64,000 nt of DNA from an uncultured delta proteobacterium (GTDB lineage Bacteria > Desulfobacterota > Binatia > Binatales > Binataceae): positions 992,001-1,056,000 of the forward strand of contig CAWJET010000001.1 in NCBI GenBank assembly GCA_963842085.1, read 5' to 3'. A program made the translations under genes and the position numbers. Below are positions 44,534-54,475 of the stretch, in pieces; within the stretch, counting starts at the first letter, position 1; every line of letters begins with the position of its first letter. The notes under the pieces are model-generated. The model saw nothing but the letters and a program-made list of their open reading frames with translations. It was not told where the DNA came from and searched no databases.

Positions 44534-45220
44534 TTGACGGCTTCGGCGATCATCGTTGCGGCGGGCAGCGGGGTGCGGCTTGGGTCGAGCGCGCCCAAGG
44601 CCTTTGTGAAGCTCGGCGGCCGCACGATGCTCTCGTATTCGCTCGCGGCTGTTGGTCAAGTCAGTTCGATTGGCGAAATTGTGATCGCGGTTCCCGAAGG
44701 ATTCGAAAATGCGGCGCGCGCGGAAGGCGCGGCTGCCGGGCTGGGCGTGCCGGTCAAGATTACGCCGGGCGGTATCGAGCGGCAGGATTCGGTTCGAATC
44801 GCGCTGGGACTTACCAGTTCGGAAAGCGAACTGGTGATCGTTCACGACGCGGCGCGCCCGCTGGCGACGCCGGCAATTTTCGAGGCGTGCCTGAGTGCCG
44901 CAGCGCGCGCCGGCGGTGCGATCGCGGCGATACCGATGGCCGACACTTTGAAGCGCGTCGCGGACAACGGCAGCGCGATCGTGGCGACCGTCGCGCGGGC
45001 CGGACTGTGGCAAGCGCAAACCCCGCAGGCATTTCGCCGCGCGTTGCTGGTCGCGGCGCATCAGCAGGCAGTCGGCAGCGGAATCGTCGCGACCGACGAC
45101 GCGGATTTGGTCGAACGGACGGGCGCTCGCGTCGAAGTGGTCGAAGGCTCGACCGCCAACATCAAGATCACGACGCCATCCGATCTCGCGATAGTCGAGG
45201 CAATCATCGCGGCGCGTTAA
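44534..45220 (+). CDS. ispD: MEP cytidylyltransferase
   Basis: AAGSGVR, RQDSV, HDAARP, QTPQAF, TDD and NIKIT motifs; TTG start assumed. Confidence 0.94.
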   Translation: MTASAIIVAAGSGVRLGSSAPKAFVKLGGRTMLSYSLAAVGQVSSIGEIVIAVPEGFENAARAEGAAAGLGVPVKITPGGIERQDSVRIALGLTSSESELVIVHDAARPLATPAIFEACLSAAARAGGAIAAIPMADTLKRVADNGSAIVATVARAGLWQAQTPQAFRRALLVAAHQQAVGSGIVATDDADLVERTGARVEVVEGSTANIKITTPSDLAIVEAIIAAR

Positions 45221-46884
45221 TCCCGCGGGCGGGCGGGGGGGCGGTAGATTCGCCCCTCACCCTCCTCCGCTTGCTCGACCTCCTGCCCCGGCTGGATCAC
45301 GTCAACTGATATTACCCCGGCCGGCCTGACCCTGTTCGCCGCCCCGCGCCGCCGCATCCGCGCGGCATACCCGATGCTCACGGCCAGCCGCAGCATCAGC
45401 AGGATCGTGAATATCTGGCAGAGATGGCCGAACCAGTCGTCGGTGCGCGAGTAAATTGTTCGACCGGTGCCGAGCGGCAGGTTGGCGGTTGCCAGAACGT
45501 CATCGCCATGCACGGTCGCGCCCAACGCTAGCTCGCGGCCGCGAGAATCAGTCGCCGAGACGATGCCGCCGCTGGCCGCGCGCGCGAGCGAGAAGCCCGC
45601 TTCGACGCCGCGCACCACCGCCATCCGCTGGTGAATCAGTTCCGAACCCGGCCAATCCGACGCAGGCGCCATCACCACGCGCACATCATGCGCCGCGAGT
45701 TGGCGCGCGGTATCGGGAAAATCAAGGTCCTGGGAAATCAGCACCGCGGTGCGTCCCCATGGCGCGTCGAAGATCGCGGGTTGCGAGCCGGGCTTGTAGT
45801 CCCACTCGAGGCTCGCGATCAGATGATGCTTGGCGTAGGTCGCGGCGATCTTGCCATCGGGATCGAATACGACTGCGATGTTTCTTTTGGGCGTGCGCCC
45901 GATCTGATTGAGCCCGACCACCAGCCAGACGTGCGACATGCTGGCGATTCGCTGGAATCCCTGAACGACATCCCACTCGTAGCTCGGGGCGACGCCAACG
46001 ATCTTTTCGGGCATGACGACGACTTGCGCACCATCGGCAGCCGCTTGACGCACCAGCCTGGCGTACTGCCCGACGACTTCGGCGGCGTCGCTCACGTCGG
46101 TGGACTCGGACTCCGGCGTCAGGCCCTTGCTGGCAACCATTGCGACCCGCACCGACGGGGTGGTGGGCGTGGCAATCATGCGAATCAACCCCAGCAGGAC
46201 CGCCAGCGCGAAAACGCCCACTCCCATGATCGCGGGATACCGTCCGCCCATGTTCCATCGCCGCCGATACCACGCGACCGCCAGCCCCGACGGCAACAGC
46301 GACATTATGAACATCACGCCGCACAAGCCGAGCCACGACGCCGTCTGCAGCAACGGGATGAAATCGACTTGCGAGTAGGCGGGGCTGCCCCAGGTGCCGT
46401 GGGGAGATACTCCGGCGAGGGCAAAATAAAAGGCGGTTTCAAAGGTCGGGAAGACCAGCGCGGCAAGCACCCCCGACCATCGCCGCGTCGCCTCGGCCGC
46501 GCACGCCACGAAGGTCGCAAACACGATTGCGCCGCCGATGTGCGACGCAAACATCGTCAGCAGCGGCACGGCGAAACTCTCGCCACCCCAGGTCACCAGG
46601 TTGCCGACGAAGTAGGCGATAAACGCGAGCTGCGCCGCCGTTTCGGTGCGGAATTCGGGCGCCGCCGCGAGAATCGGCAGCGACGCCAACAGCGCGCACG
46701 TCCACAGCAGCGGCTCCGCGCCAGCCAGTTCGTAGAGCAAGGCCGTGGCCACTACAGAGAGGGCGGCAACCGTGAGACCGTCCGGCGGAGCGTTCGGACC
46801 GCCGGATATGTCTTGACCGGCGAAACGAACCGACGACCTAAGGTCACGCAGCCGCGCCGAATCGAAGATAGGGCGGCCGGCCAT
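45217..46884 (-). CDS. Lnt-like membrane carbon-nitrogen hydrolase family protein
   Basis: N-terminal TM segments, WG..AYSQ, MPE, YAKHHL and RGVEAG; nucleophile motif reads ISQD. Confidence 0.85.
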   Translation of the reverse strand: MAGRPIFDSARLRDLRSSVRFAGQDISGGPNAPPDGLTVAALSVVATALLYELAGAEPLLWTCALLASLPILAAAPEFRTETAAQLAFIAYFVGNLVTWGGESFAVPLLTMFASHIGGAIVFATFVACAAEATRRWSGVLAALVFPTFETAFYFALAGVSPHGTWGSPAYSQVDFIPLLQTASWLGLCGVMFIMSLLPSGLAVAWYRRRWNMGGRYPAIMGVGVFALAVLLGLIRMIATPTTPSVRVAMVASKGLTPESESTDVSDAAEVVGQYARLVRQAAADGAQVVVMPEKIVGVAPSYEWDVVQGFQRIASMSHVWLVVGLNQIGRTPKRNIAVVFDPDGKIAATYAKHHLIASLEWDYKPGSQPAIFDAPWGRTAVLISQDLDFPDTARQLAAHDVRVVMAPASDWPGSELIHQRMAVVRGVEAGFSLARAASGGIVSATDSRGRELALGATVHGDDVLATANLPLGTGRTIYSRTDDWFGHLCQIFTILLMLRLAVSIGYAARMRRRGAANRVRPAGVISVDVIQPGQEVEQAEEGEGRIYRPPARPRD

Positions 46885-46888
46885 GCGC

Positions 46889-47761
46889 TTAGACTTGATT
46901 GCGCGGCGGGCGAATCGGATTCGCCGTCTCGACCGCGCCGGGATTCAGACCTTCGTTCAACGAACCGGAGCGAAAGCCCTTCAGATCGATCGCGACGAAC
47001 CGAAAGCCGATCGCTTTGAACTCGCGATCGATGGTTTCGCGGAGCGCGGGCTCGAAGACGCGCGCGATCTGGGTTTGCTCGAGCTCGAGCCGCGCGACGT
47101 CGCCATGGTAGCGCACGCGCGCTACGGCGAAGCCCATCGAATGCAGCAGCTTCTCACCCGCCGCCACTTTTCGAAGCCCCGCGGGCGTTATCTCGGTGCC
47201 GTACGGAAAGCGCGACGACAGGCACGGCGACGCCGGACGATCCCAGGTCGGCAATCCCATCGCGCGCGACAGCGCGCGCACATCGGCCTTGGTCATCTCG
47301 GCTTCGACAATCGGATGGCGCACGCGGTTCTCGCGGGCAGCCTGCATCCCGGGGCGATAATCGCGCAGGTCGTCGAGGTTAAGGCCGTCCACTATCTGGT
47401 CGATACCAAGCTCGGCGGCCTTGGCCTCGCAAACCGTGAACAGGTTGTGCTTGCACAGGTAGCATCGGTTGAGCGGATTCGCCGCGTAGCCGGGGATCTC
47501 GAGCTCGTTGGATTCGACGATCAGGTGGCGCGCGCCGATCAAGCGCGCCATCGCGAGCGCCGAGTCGCGATCCTCGTCGGGCATCGTGGGCGACGTGGTC
47601 GTCAGCGCGAGCACGGAATCGCCAATTGCGTCGTGCGCGACTTTGAGCACGAAGGTGGAATCGACGCCGCCGGAAAACGCGACGATAAGACTCCGCATCG
47701 GCGCAAATATCGCACGCATCCGCTCCAGCTTCGCGTCGAGAGTCTTATCCAATCGCATCAC
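46889..47761 (-). CDS. larE: ATP-dependent sulfur transferase LarE
   Basis: PP-loop SGGVDS, RCYLCK, DYRPG, SPCLSSRFPYG and GFRSGSLN motifs. Confidence 0.93.
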   Translation of the reverse strand: MMRLDKTLDAKLERMRAIFAPMRSLIVAFSGGVDSTFVLKVAHDAIGDSVLALTTTSPTMPDEDRDSALAMARLIGARHLIVESNELEIPGYAANPLNRCYLCKHNLFTVCEAKAAELGIDQIVDGLNLDDLRDYRPGMQAARENRVRHPIVEAEMTKADVRALSRAMGLPTWDRPASPCLSSRFPYGTEITPAGLRKVAAGEKLLHSMGFAVARVRYHGDVARLELEQTQIARVFEPALRETIDREFKAIGFRFVAIDLKGFRSGSLNEGLNPGAVETANPIRPPRNQV

Positions 47762-47767
47762 TCGTCG

Positions 47768-48703
47768 TCAGATCCCTTCGGCCTGGAAAAGATCGGTCGT
47801 AAGGTACCGCTCGCCGGTGTCGCAGAAAACCACCACCACGACGTTGCCCTTGCCGAGCCGCTGCGCTATCTGCAGGGCGGCGCAGCAGTGAGCGCCGGAT
47901 GAGATGCCCACCAGCAGGCCCTCTTCGCGCGCCAGACGGCGCGAGAACAGGGTCGCGTCCTCGTCGCTCACGGCGATGATCTCGTCGTAAACTTTGGTGT
48001 CGAGATTGCTCGGCACAAAGCCGGCGCCGATGCCCTGGATCTTGTGAAAGCCCGGCTCGCCGCCCGACAGCACCGGCGAGTTTTTCGGCTCGACGGCGAC
48101 GATCAAAACTCTTTTGTCGAGATGCTCGCGCAGGTAGTGGCCCGCGCCCGTGATCGTGCCGCCGGTGCCGACGCCGGCGATAAAGGCGTCGATGCGCGCG
48201 AACTGCTGGAGCAGCTCGGGCCCGGTGCATCGATAGTGGATGTCAGGATTGGCGGCGTTGCTGAATTGCTGCGGCATGAAGTAGCGGGGGTTCTCGCGGC
48301 ACAGTTCCTCGGCCTTGGCGATCGCGCCATGCATCCCGCGCGTGTCCGGCGTCAGCACCAGCTTGGCGCCGTAAGCAACCAGCAGAGAGCGCCGCTCCTC
48401 GCTCATCGTGTCGGGCATCGTGAGGATCAGGTTGTAACCCTTAACGGCGGCGACCAGCGCGAGCCCGATCCCGGTGTTGCCCGAGGTCGGCTCGACAATA
48501 GTATCGCCTGGCTTGAGCCGCCCTGACTTCTCCGCCGCCTCGACCATGGCGAGACAAATCCGGTCTTTGACGCTGCCGCCGGGATTGAAGTTTTCGAGCT
48601 TGGCCCAAATTTCAGCGTCGTTCTTGCCCGGGATGCGATTGAGCCGCACGACCGGCGTGTTACCGATAAGCTCAAGCGGCGACTGCGCAACGCTGATAGG
48701 CAT
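47768..48703 (-). CDS. cysK: Cysteine synthase A
   Basis: [22 protein letters not shown] and HKIQGIG motifs; start ATG 48703. Confidence 0.95.
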   Translation of the reverse strand: MPISVAQSPLELIGNTPVVRLNRIPGKNDAEIWAKLENFNPGGSVKDRICLAMVEAAEKSGRLKPGDTIVEPTSGNTGIGLALVAAVKGYNLILTMPDTMSEERRSLLVAYGAKLVLTPDTRGMHGAIAKAEELCRENPRYFMPQQFSNAANPDIHYRCTGPELLQQFARIDAFIAGVGTGGTITGAGHYLREHLDKRVLIVAVEPKNSPVLSGGEPGFHKIQGIGAGFVPSNLDTKVYDEIIAVSDEDATLFSRRLAREEGLLVGISSGAHCCAALQIAQRLGKGNVVVVVFCDTGERYLTTDLFQAEGI

Positions 48704-49142
48704 GGCTGCGATTGTAGCCGGAAAACGTCGGCGCTTGGAATGCGAAGTTGATCGGTTACGAGCAGGCAACCTGAGTCGCACGAGCAGGCGACCGAGCGGC
48801 GTCTGAAGAGGAGTCGCAGGTTTGGGCCGTGGCGAAAAACGACATAATTCGTCGTCCGGCAGCAGTGATGTTGGTCGAAATCGGCCCAGATCCGGTGAAA
48901 GTAGAAAAGGCGAAAACGACCGATTTCTACTATACGTAGTAGTTTGGTGATAGGGTACCCACAATCGGTGGGTTCGTTCCGTCAAAATTAGTTTTTTTCG
49001 CGGCGAGGCAGGCTCGGCGGACGATCGCGAAGGGGAAGTGAGGGCCGGGCGCGCTCGGTGAGCGGTGGCCATGGTGGAGAGTGTAGCAGGTTTGGAGATG
49101 GTCGCGTAAGGCGGAGTCGAGGGACGCCGGATCTTTTTTCTT

Positions 49143-49225
49143 CCCCTCGCCCTGCATGGGAGGGGATGAAGGTGAGGGCCCGAATACAGCGCGCGACTTC
49201 TTTTGCGCGCGATTCAAGATTCCGC
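49143..49225 (-). repeat. ~85-bp composite palindromic repeat (type 1), copy A, inverted
   Basis: Reverse complement GCGGAATCTTGAATCGCGCG..TCGCGCGCTG..CCCTCACCTTC..CCC..GGGCGAGGGG matches 51513 and 54880. Confidence 0.85.
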
Positions 49226-49258
49226 CTCCGCATTCCTAACTCTCCGCTTCTGTCTTTG

Positions 49259-49288
49259 TGTCATTCAGAGCGAAGCGAAGAATCCCGG
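49259..49288 (-). repeat. REP-like element (type 2), inverted copy
   Basis: TGTCATTCAGAGCGAAGCGAAGAATCCCGG matches the reverse complement of 54986-55015 with one mismatch. Confidence 0.85.
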
Positions 49289-49536
49289 GGCCTTCTTCCC
49301 CTCGCCCCACGAGGTGCGGAAGAGAGAAAGTGTCCCCGGATGGAATGTTGAAAAGAAGGGAATTCGGCAACGCCTAGAGTCGTACAAATTTTCTTCTGCC
49401 GTCAGCGATGCTTTGATCCGCCACGACGCAGCGTCGAAGGATTTCCCCAAATGAACTTACTAAGCTAGAACGTTCAAGGTCATGGGAGAAGAGGATTCAT
49501 ATACTCGAACTGGCCTGCCCCCCGATGCCCGTCAGA

Positions 49537-50394
49537 TTATAAGTAGAGTCGGTCGTGGTTTTGGCCCTCTCGGGGCGGTTGCTGTTGCTGTCTTTTAAGC
49601 ATGGCGAACTCGATTGGTGTCAATGCGCCGAGGCTGCTGTGTGGTCGGAGGTGATTGTAGTCGTAACGCCACGCTTCGATGGTCTCGCGCGCTTCGGCCA
49701 GGGTGAGGAAAACGTGCTCGTTGAGGCATTCGTCGCGCAGCCGGCTGTTGAACGATTCGACGAAAGCGTTCTGCACCGGCTTGCCGGGTTCGATGTATTG
49801 CCACTCCAGTCGCCCGGTGGCCCAACGCAGCACTGCGCAGCTGGTGAGCTCGGTCCCGTTGTCGCTAACCACCATCCGTGGCAGTGCGCGCTCAGCTGTT
49901 AGCCGGTCCAGTTCGCGCACCACGCGCACCCCGCCCAGTGAAGTGTCCACCACCGTGGCCAGGCATTCGCGGCTGAAGTCGTCGACCACGCATAGGATGC
50001 GGAAGCGCCGCCCGTCGCTCAGTGCGTCGGCCACGAAGTCCAGTGACCACCGTTGGTTGATCGCGCCCGGTAGCGTCATCGGCGTCCTGGTTCCCAGCGC
50101 GCGCTTGCGCCCTCTGCGCCGGCGTACCATGAGCTTTTCCTCGCGGTACAACCGATAGAGCTTCTTGCGGTTCAGCACGTGACCTTCCCTCTCCAGCAGC
50201 CAGCCCAGGCTCCGATAGCCAAAACGTCTGCGCTCAGCGGCCAGCTCGCGCAGCCGCTGCCGCAGCAGCGAATCGTCCGGCCGCCGCGGCCGATAGTGCA
50301 TGCTCGAGCGATTGAGTCCGACCAGCCTGCATGCGCGCACCTGGCTCAGCCCGCGCTGCTCGACCAGTCGAGCAACCGCCGCCTTCCGCGCCAC
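49537..50394 (-). CDS. IS3 OrfB DDE transposase
   Basis: WSLDF, SDNGTE and [10 protein letters not shown] motifs; probably fused to OrfA by a -1 frameshift at GGAAAAAAC (about 50406-50414). Confidence 0.95.
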   Translation of the reverse strand: MARKAAVARLVEQRGLSQVRACRLVGLNRSSMHYRPRRPDDSLLRQRLRELAAERRRFGYRSLGWLLEREGHVLNRKKLYRLYREEKLMVRRRRGRKRALGTRTPMTLPGAINQRWSLDFVADALSDGRRFRILCVVDDFSRECLATVVDTSLGGVRVVRELDRLTAERALPRMVVSDNGTELTSCAVLRWATGRLEWQYIEPGKPVQNAFVESFNSRLRDECLNEHVFLTLAEARETIEAWRYDYNHLRPHSSLGALTPIEFAMLKRQQQQPPREGQNHDRLYL

Positions 50395-50399
50395 AGGCT

Positions 50400-50666
50400 T
50401 CAGACGTTTTTTCCGAGCAGGTCCTTCAGCGCTGAGTTGTCCAGCATTGCTTCGGCCAGCAGCTTCTTCAGCCGCCGGTTCTCATCCTCCAGCGACTTCA
50501 GGCGGCGCGCCTCGGATACGTCGAGCCCGCCGTACTTCGCTTTCCACTTGTAAAAGGTCGCGCTTGAGATCCCGTGGCGGCGGCAAACCTCCTCGGTCTT
50601 CGCCCCCGCCTCATGTTCGCGCAGCACCCCGATGATCTGCTCCTCGCTGAATCGGCTGCCTTTCAT
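50400..50666 (-). CDS. IS3 OrfA (HTH and leucine zipper)
   Basis: [23 protein letters not shown] and [11 protein letters not shown] motifs. Confidence 0.95.
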   Translation of the reverse strand: MKGSRFSEEQIIGVLREHEAGAKTEEVCRRHGISSATFYKWKAKYGGLDVSEARRLKSLEDENRRLKKLLAEAMLDNSALKDLLGKNV

Positions 50667-51512
50667 TGCCCGTCTCCTTTCTGTCGACGGACTCTACCTC
50701 AAAACTGCTGGGCGTTAGGGGGTCAGGCCAGAACTATTAGCTCGCTGGAATATGCGGCTCGAGTTTATGAAAACCGACAGATTTTTCTTCTCAATTTCGG
50801 ATCTAGCTATAGATTATTCGATATTCTACTGCAGCGACTTCAGTCGGTTTGGATTCGAGTCGCTCGCGAGCGTGATAAGCAAGGGCATTCCCATCTTGGG
50901 CTGCTGATGCCCGCAACAATCCTCGAAAACCATCTTCTCCTTGGGTTCGACCACTTGGCCAGCTATCAGAGTTTTTTTGCGTGGCCGGCCTTCCGTCCCG
51001 GATTAGAAGCGTTACTGTTTATCGGCAAGTGGGTTGATGATCCGAGCGTTGTCCAGATTTGGAAAGATCGGCACGATCGCCGGGATCAGTATCGCCGCCT
51101 TTTCTCTGGGCGGGGACTGATCTCGCGCTCTCTTCCTCGTAGTGCGGAGTTTCGCGCGGTGCTGAATCGTATGAATGATGAATATCTGCACCCGAACTCA
51201 GATTTCGGATACAGACAAACTCGTGTTCGTTCCGCGTCACCTGAAACTATGGTGCTAGAGAGCCCCTTGTTTGATCGAGACCCCGTGATTCACGAGGCAC
51301 ATCTTCTGGCGTATCTACATCTGTCTGAATTGATATGCGCAAGCAGCGTGACTTTGCTGACGAACCTTCTAGGCAAAAGTGGGAAAGCAGAAATGAGCGA
51401 GGTCTCAGTGAACAGTAATCGCGCTAAAGAGATTGCTCGGGCGCATGAGGGCGCTAAAAGGGTGATGGAAGAACTCGGGCTATTCAGATTTTAGCCGGGC
51501 CAAAATCCGGAC

Positions 51513-51597
51513 GCAGAATCTTGAATCGCGCGCGGAAAAGAATCGCGCGCTGGACAACGACCCTCACCTTCATCCTCTCCCTTACAGGGCGAAGGGA
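51513..51597 (+). repeat. Composite palindromic repeat (type 1), copy B
   Basis: GCAGAATCTTGAATCGCGCGCGGAAAAGAATCGCGCGCTG..CCCTCACCTTCATCCTCTCCCT..AGGGCGAAGGGA. Confidence 0.85.
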
Positions 51598-51741
51598 TTA
51601 AGAGCGGAGGCGGGAAAGAAAGCTCGGGTCCCTCAGCTCGGGATGACGGAATGTCAAAGTATTCGTGTTTTGTTCTCCTGAACTAAAAGGGGATTAGTAG
51701 GTTGTTGACACCGTCATGGGAAAAATGTAATTATTGAATGC

Positions 51742-51978
51742 ATGTCGGACTACAGCGACTATAACGAGCAGTTGCGAAGGATTCGAGAACTGCTAATAGC
51801 GCTCGGCGAAGTGATAGATGACCTGACCTCAGAGGATTGGGATTCGTGGACTGAACTGAGGCGACGCCTTCCGCACGAAAAGCCAGCCGATAGTAAGCTG
51901 CTCAGGCTCAGGCACGAAACAGACGACCTGAAAAGAATGGGAGATGATTTAATTCGCATTCTCATGAGACACGAGTGA
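51742..51978 (+). CDS. Small helical hypothetical protein inside the IS1595 element
   Basis: 78-aa ORF between the left IR and the transposase, 6 bp before its start. Confidence 0.55.
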   Translation: MSDYSDYNEQLRRIRELLIALGEVIDDLTSEDWDSWTELRRRLPHEKPADSKLLRLRHETDDLKRMGDDLIRILMRHE

Positions 51979-51984
51979 ACTACG

Positions 51985-52917
51985 ATGCAAACGTTGGATG
52001 CTTTCGACAAACGGTTTCCGGACGATAACGCCTGCAAGCAGTATCTCAAAGCGATGCGCTGGCCCGATGCCGTGCGCTGCCCGCGCTGCAAGAGCGAAAA
52101 GATATTCGAGCTAAAGGCACGCCCATTCAATTGGGTCTGCAAGAGCGGCGCGACCAGCAACGATCCGCACACTGGCAAGCTGGTGCTGTGCGACAAGCAA
52201 AACGGCTATCGCTTCTCGATCATCACGCATACGATTTTTGAGAATACCAAGCGCCCGCTCCGGTCGTGGTTCAAGATCGCGTTCCTGATGCTCGTCTCGA
52301 AGAAGGGGGTATCGGCCTTGCAGCTTCATCGCATGATGTACGGCTCGAAGCATCTGAACAATTACCATACGACTTGGTATCAGTGCATGAGACTGCGCGC
52401 CGCCATGAAAGATTCCGAGTGGGAACAACTGATGGGCGTGGTCGAGATCGATGAGGTCTATCTTGGCGGTCTGGAGCGCAACAAGCACAAGAGCGAACGC
52501 ACCAACCGGCGCGGGCTTGCCGGAAAGACCGAAGTGATCGGGGCCATCGCCCGCAAAGGCAACGTGGTCTGCCAGATGGTCGAGGATGCGGATTTCCGCA
52601 CGTATGACGATTTCGTCCGAAAAACGGTTTCGGGTAGAGTCGATCTAATCGCGACTGATGAGAGTTTCCGCTATCGCCATCTGAATCGGATGGGCTTCAA
52701 GCACGATTTCGTCACGCACAAGAACGATGAGTTCGTACGGGGCAAAGTCCATACGCAGACGATTGAGTCGTTCTGGTCGTTGCTCCGGCGCGGCATCATG
52801 GGCAGCTACCATAAGGTGAGCAAGGATTATCTGCCGCTGTATTTGAGCGAGTTTACTTATCGCCACAATCGGAGAAACGCAGACGATCCGTTTGCGGAGT
52901 TAATATCAAACGCGTAG
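51985..52917 (+). CDS. IS1595-family transposase
   Basis: RWPDAVRCPRC zinc ribbon, GVSALQL HTH, VEIDEVY / IATDE / TIESFWS triad and YLSEF motif. Confidence 0.95.
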   Translation: MQTLDAFDKRFPDDNACKQYLKAMRWPDAVRCPRCKSEKIFELKARPFNWVCKSGATSNDPHTGKLVLCDKQNGYRFSIITHTIFENTKRPLRSWFKIAFLMLVSKKGVSALQLHRMMYGSKHLNNYHTTWYQCMRLRAAMKDSEWEQLMGVVEIDEVYLGGLERNKHKSERTNRRGLAGKTEVIGAIARKGNVVCQMVEDADFRTYDDFVRKTVSGRVDLIATDESFRYRHLNRMGFKHDFVTHKNDEFVRGKVHTQTIESFWSLLRRGIMGSYHKVSKDYLPLYLSEFTYRHNRRNADDPFAELISNA

Positions 52918-52956
52918 CGGTTGCGCGTGTGCCCGTCGCTTCGGTAACGTGGCGAC

Positions 52957-53130
52957 GTGGCAACAAAGTCAGATTCACCGGCAATCAAGCGAAAGACAAA
53001 AGAACTCCGCGCCGCACTCGCAAATCCCGATATGGTGGAGTTCGATCGGATGATGCGGCATTTGACTAACGTGCCGAAATCGAAGATCGACGCTAACGAG
53101 AAAAAGATGCGGGGCAAGTCTGCTAGATAG
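52957..53130 (+). CDS. Small basic ORF downstream of the transposase (57 aa)
   Basis: Own translation: MATKSDSPAIKRKTKELRAALANPDMVEFDRMMRHLTNVPKSKIDANEKKMRGKSAR*. Confidence 0.5.
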   Translation: MATKSDSPAIKRKTKELRAALANPDMVEFDRMMRHLTNVPKSKIDANEKKMRGKSAR

Positions 53131-53149
53131 AAGGACCGCTCGCTCTTTT

Positions 53150-53650
53150 TTACGGTCTAGGCTTGAACGATCCAGGTACCGGTCCAATCGATTCTGGCTC
53201 GATTAGGTTCCTTTGCTTGCTAATTATCGTCGGTTCAGTTGGAGTCACGAGCTTCGCGACTGACGAAAAGTCCCTGTCCCAAGCCTGCAATTCATCAACT
53301 TGCATTCGGATCGCGGTTGCCGCATGGACAGCATCTGCTGACCTAAGCGAATGGTCTCTCTCAAGGCCAAGGGCTCGGAATGCTATGTCCTGATCCGAGG
53401 GCACTTTCTCTACCCACGACCATCTAAACATCTTTTCGATTTCTGCAATTTCCGCTGGAGTTAGTAGTCTTGCGTTGGGGATGCTTACCTTCTTAGGTCT
53501 GACCGTTTCCACAATCGTATAGGTCGAGGTATAAATGCGACAATTGCCAGTTCTGGCGTTACGAAGAATATCCTCGCAAATCCGCCGTCGTTCTTGTTCC
53601 ACCGGGCTTAGGAAGCACAAGAAGACCGTCGTATCCCAATATAGTTTCAT
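53150..53650 (-). CDS. PIN-domain (VapC-like) nuclease
   Basis: LYWDTTVF, TIVE, LRSADAVHAATA and AWDRDF acidic catalytic pattern. Confidence 0.9.
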   Translation of the reverse strand: MKLYWDTTVFLCFLSPVEQERRRICEDILRNARTGNCRIYTSTYTIVETVRPKKVSIPNARLLTPAEIAEIEKMFRWSWVEKVPSDQDIAFRALGLERDHSLRSADAVHAATAIRMQVDELQAWDRDFSSVAKLVTPTEPTIISKQRNLIEPESIGPVPGSFKPRP

Positions 53651-53668
53651 CGCCTAAAGGAGAGAACT

Positions 53669-54475
53669 TTATTCGTCGTCGCGAATCGCCTTGATATAGT
53701 CGCGAACCGACATCCCCGCCGTTATATTCTCAATGGAGCCAGACATCCGTTCGATCGTCGGGAGTTCCTCATCCTTTGGATACGGTTCGATGTTCATTGC
53801 TTCTACGGAGACAATGTTGCCAAGCCTATTGATCCGACTCTTGCCCACCACCATTACTCTCTTTCCGAGTTCTGCCTTTGCTTTTTCCAAGAGATTGTCA
53901 CTGAAAAAACATCTCACAGCCTTTTGGTTGCGTTCATCCCAGACTCTGAATTCATTACCCTTGTGAACCGTTATCGAATCTAGACTGCCTACTATCGAGG
54001 CTTCCTCTTCACGAGCACTTCTCGTTAGGGCATCGATGTTCTCATAGACTTCTAAAGTAACTTGCGCCTCATCGTTGTCCGAAGTTACGTCGATTTCGGA
54101 GAAGCTCTTGTGACGGAAGCGCGCGAGTTTTTGCGTCCTGCTCAAAGCAGCATCCGAATAGCGCTCCGTTCTCTCGGGGCGTTCCGCTAGTAACCGAATA
54201 CCGCGAACGCATTCATGCGCTACTTCGTGCGCCCGACTTACACCCACGCTTTGAGGACGGCCTCGATATCCGATTTTGGCGGGGCTATTCTTCGACAGAA
54301 TCGATATTTCCCATTCAACGGTGCCCTGCTTATTGCCGGACACCGATGCATCCAAATCTTGAAGGAGCCAGAGGAAGTAAGTGAGCGCTTGAACAAAAGG
54401 ACGCGCCGGGATCAAATCCCCGTAGCCCGCGAGCGTCAGCACTACCGTATCTTCCATGTTCCGATTGGCGACCAT
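53669..54475 (-). CDS. Hypothetical partner of the PIN nuclease (possible OB fold plus antitoxin-like tail)
   Basis: 268-aa ORF, 18 bp upstream of and co-oriented with the PIN gene; lower GC by eye. Confidence 0.8.
   Translation of the reverse strand: MVANRNMEDTVVLTLAGYGDLIPARPFVQALTYFLWLLQDLDASVSGNKQGTVEWEISILSKNSPAKIGYRGRPQSVGVSRAHEVAHECVRGIRLLAERPERTERYSDAALSRTQKLARFRHKSFSEIDVTSDNDEAQVTLEVYENIDALTRSAREEEASIVGSLDSITVHKGNEFRVWDERNQKAVRCFFSDNLLEKAKAELGKRVMVVGKSRINRLGNIVSVEAMNIEPYPKDEELPTIERMSGSIENITAGMSVRDYIKAIRDDE

Larger units (their letters stand above)
49511..50730 (-). mobile_element. Complete IS3-family insertion sequence (IS407-group-like), 1220 bp
   Basis: TG..CA ends, IRs TGGCCTGCCCCCCGATGCCC / TGGCCTGACCCCCTAACGCCC, 4-bp target duplication GAAC (49507-49510, 50731-50734). 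Confidence 0.95.
49482..51494 (+). pseudogene. HEPN/DUF5677-like hypothetical gene interrupted by IS3 at codon 10
   Basis: Removing the IS and one GAAC joins MGEEDSYTR-T to ISSLEYAA.. in frame (262 aa); FRPGLE and RMNDEYLHPN motifs; family assignment tentative. Confidence 0.75.

Noticed and set aside
50574-50730. N-terminus of the 306-aa ORF in the track
   Set aside because: It is read from inside the IS3 end; the true 5' end of the gene is at 49482
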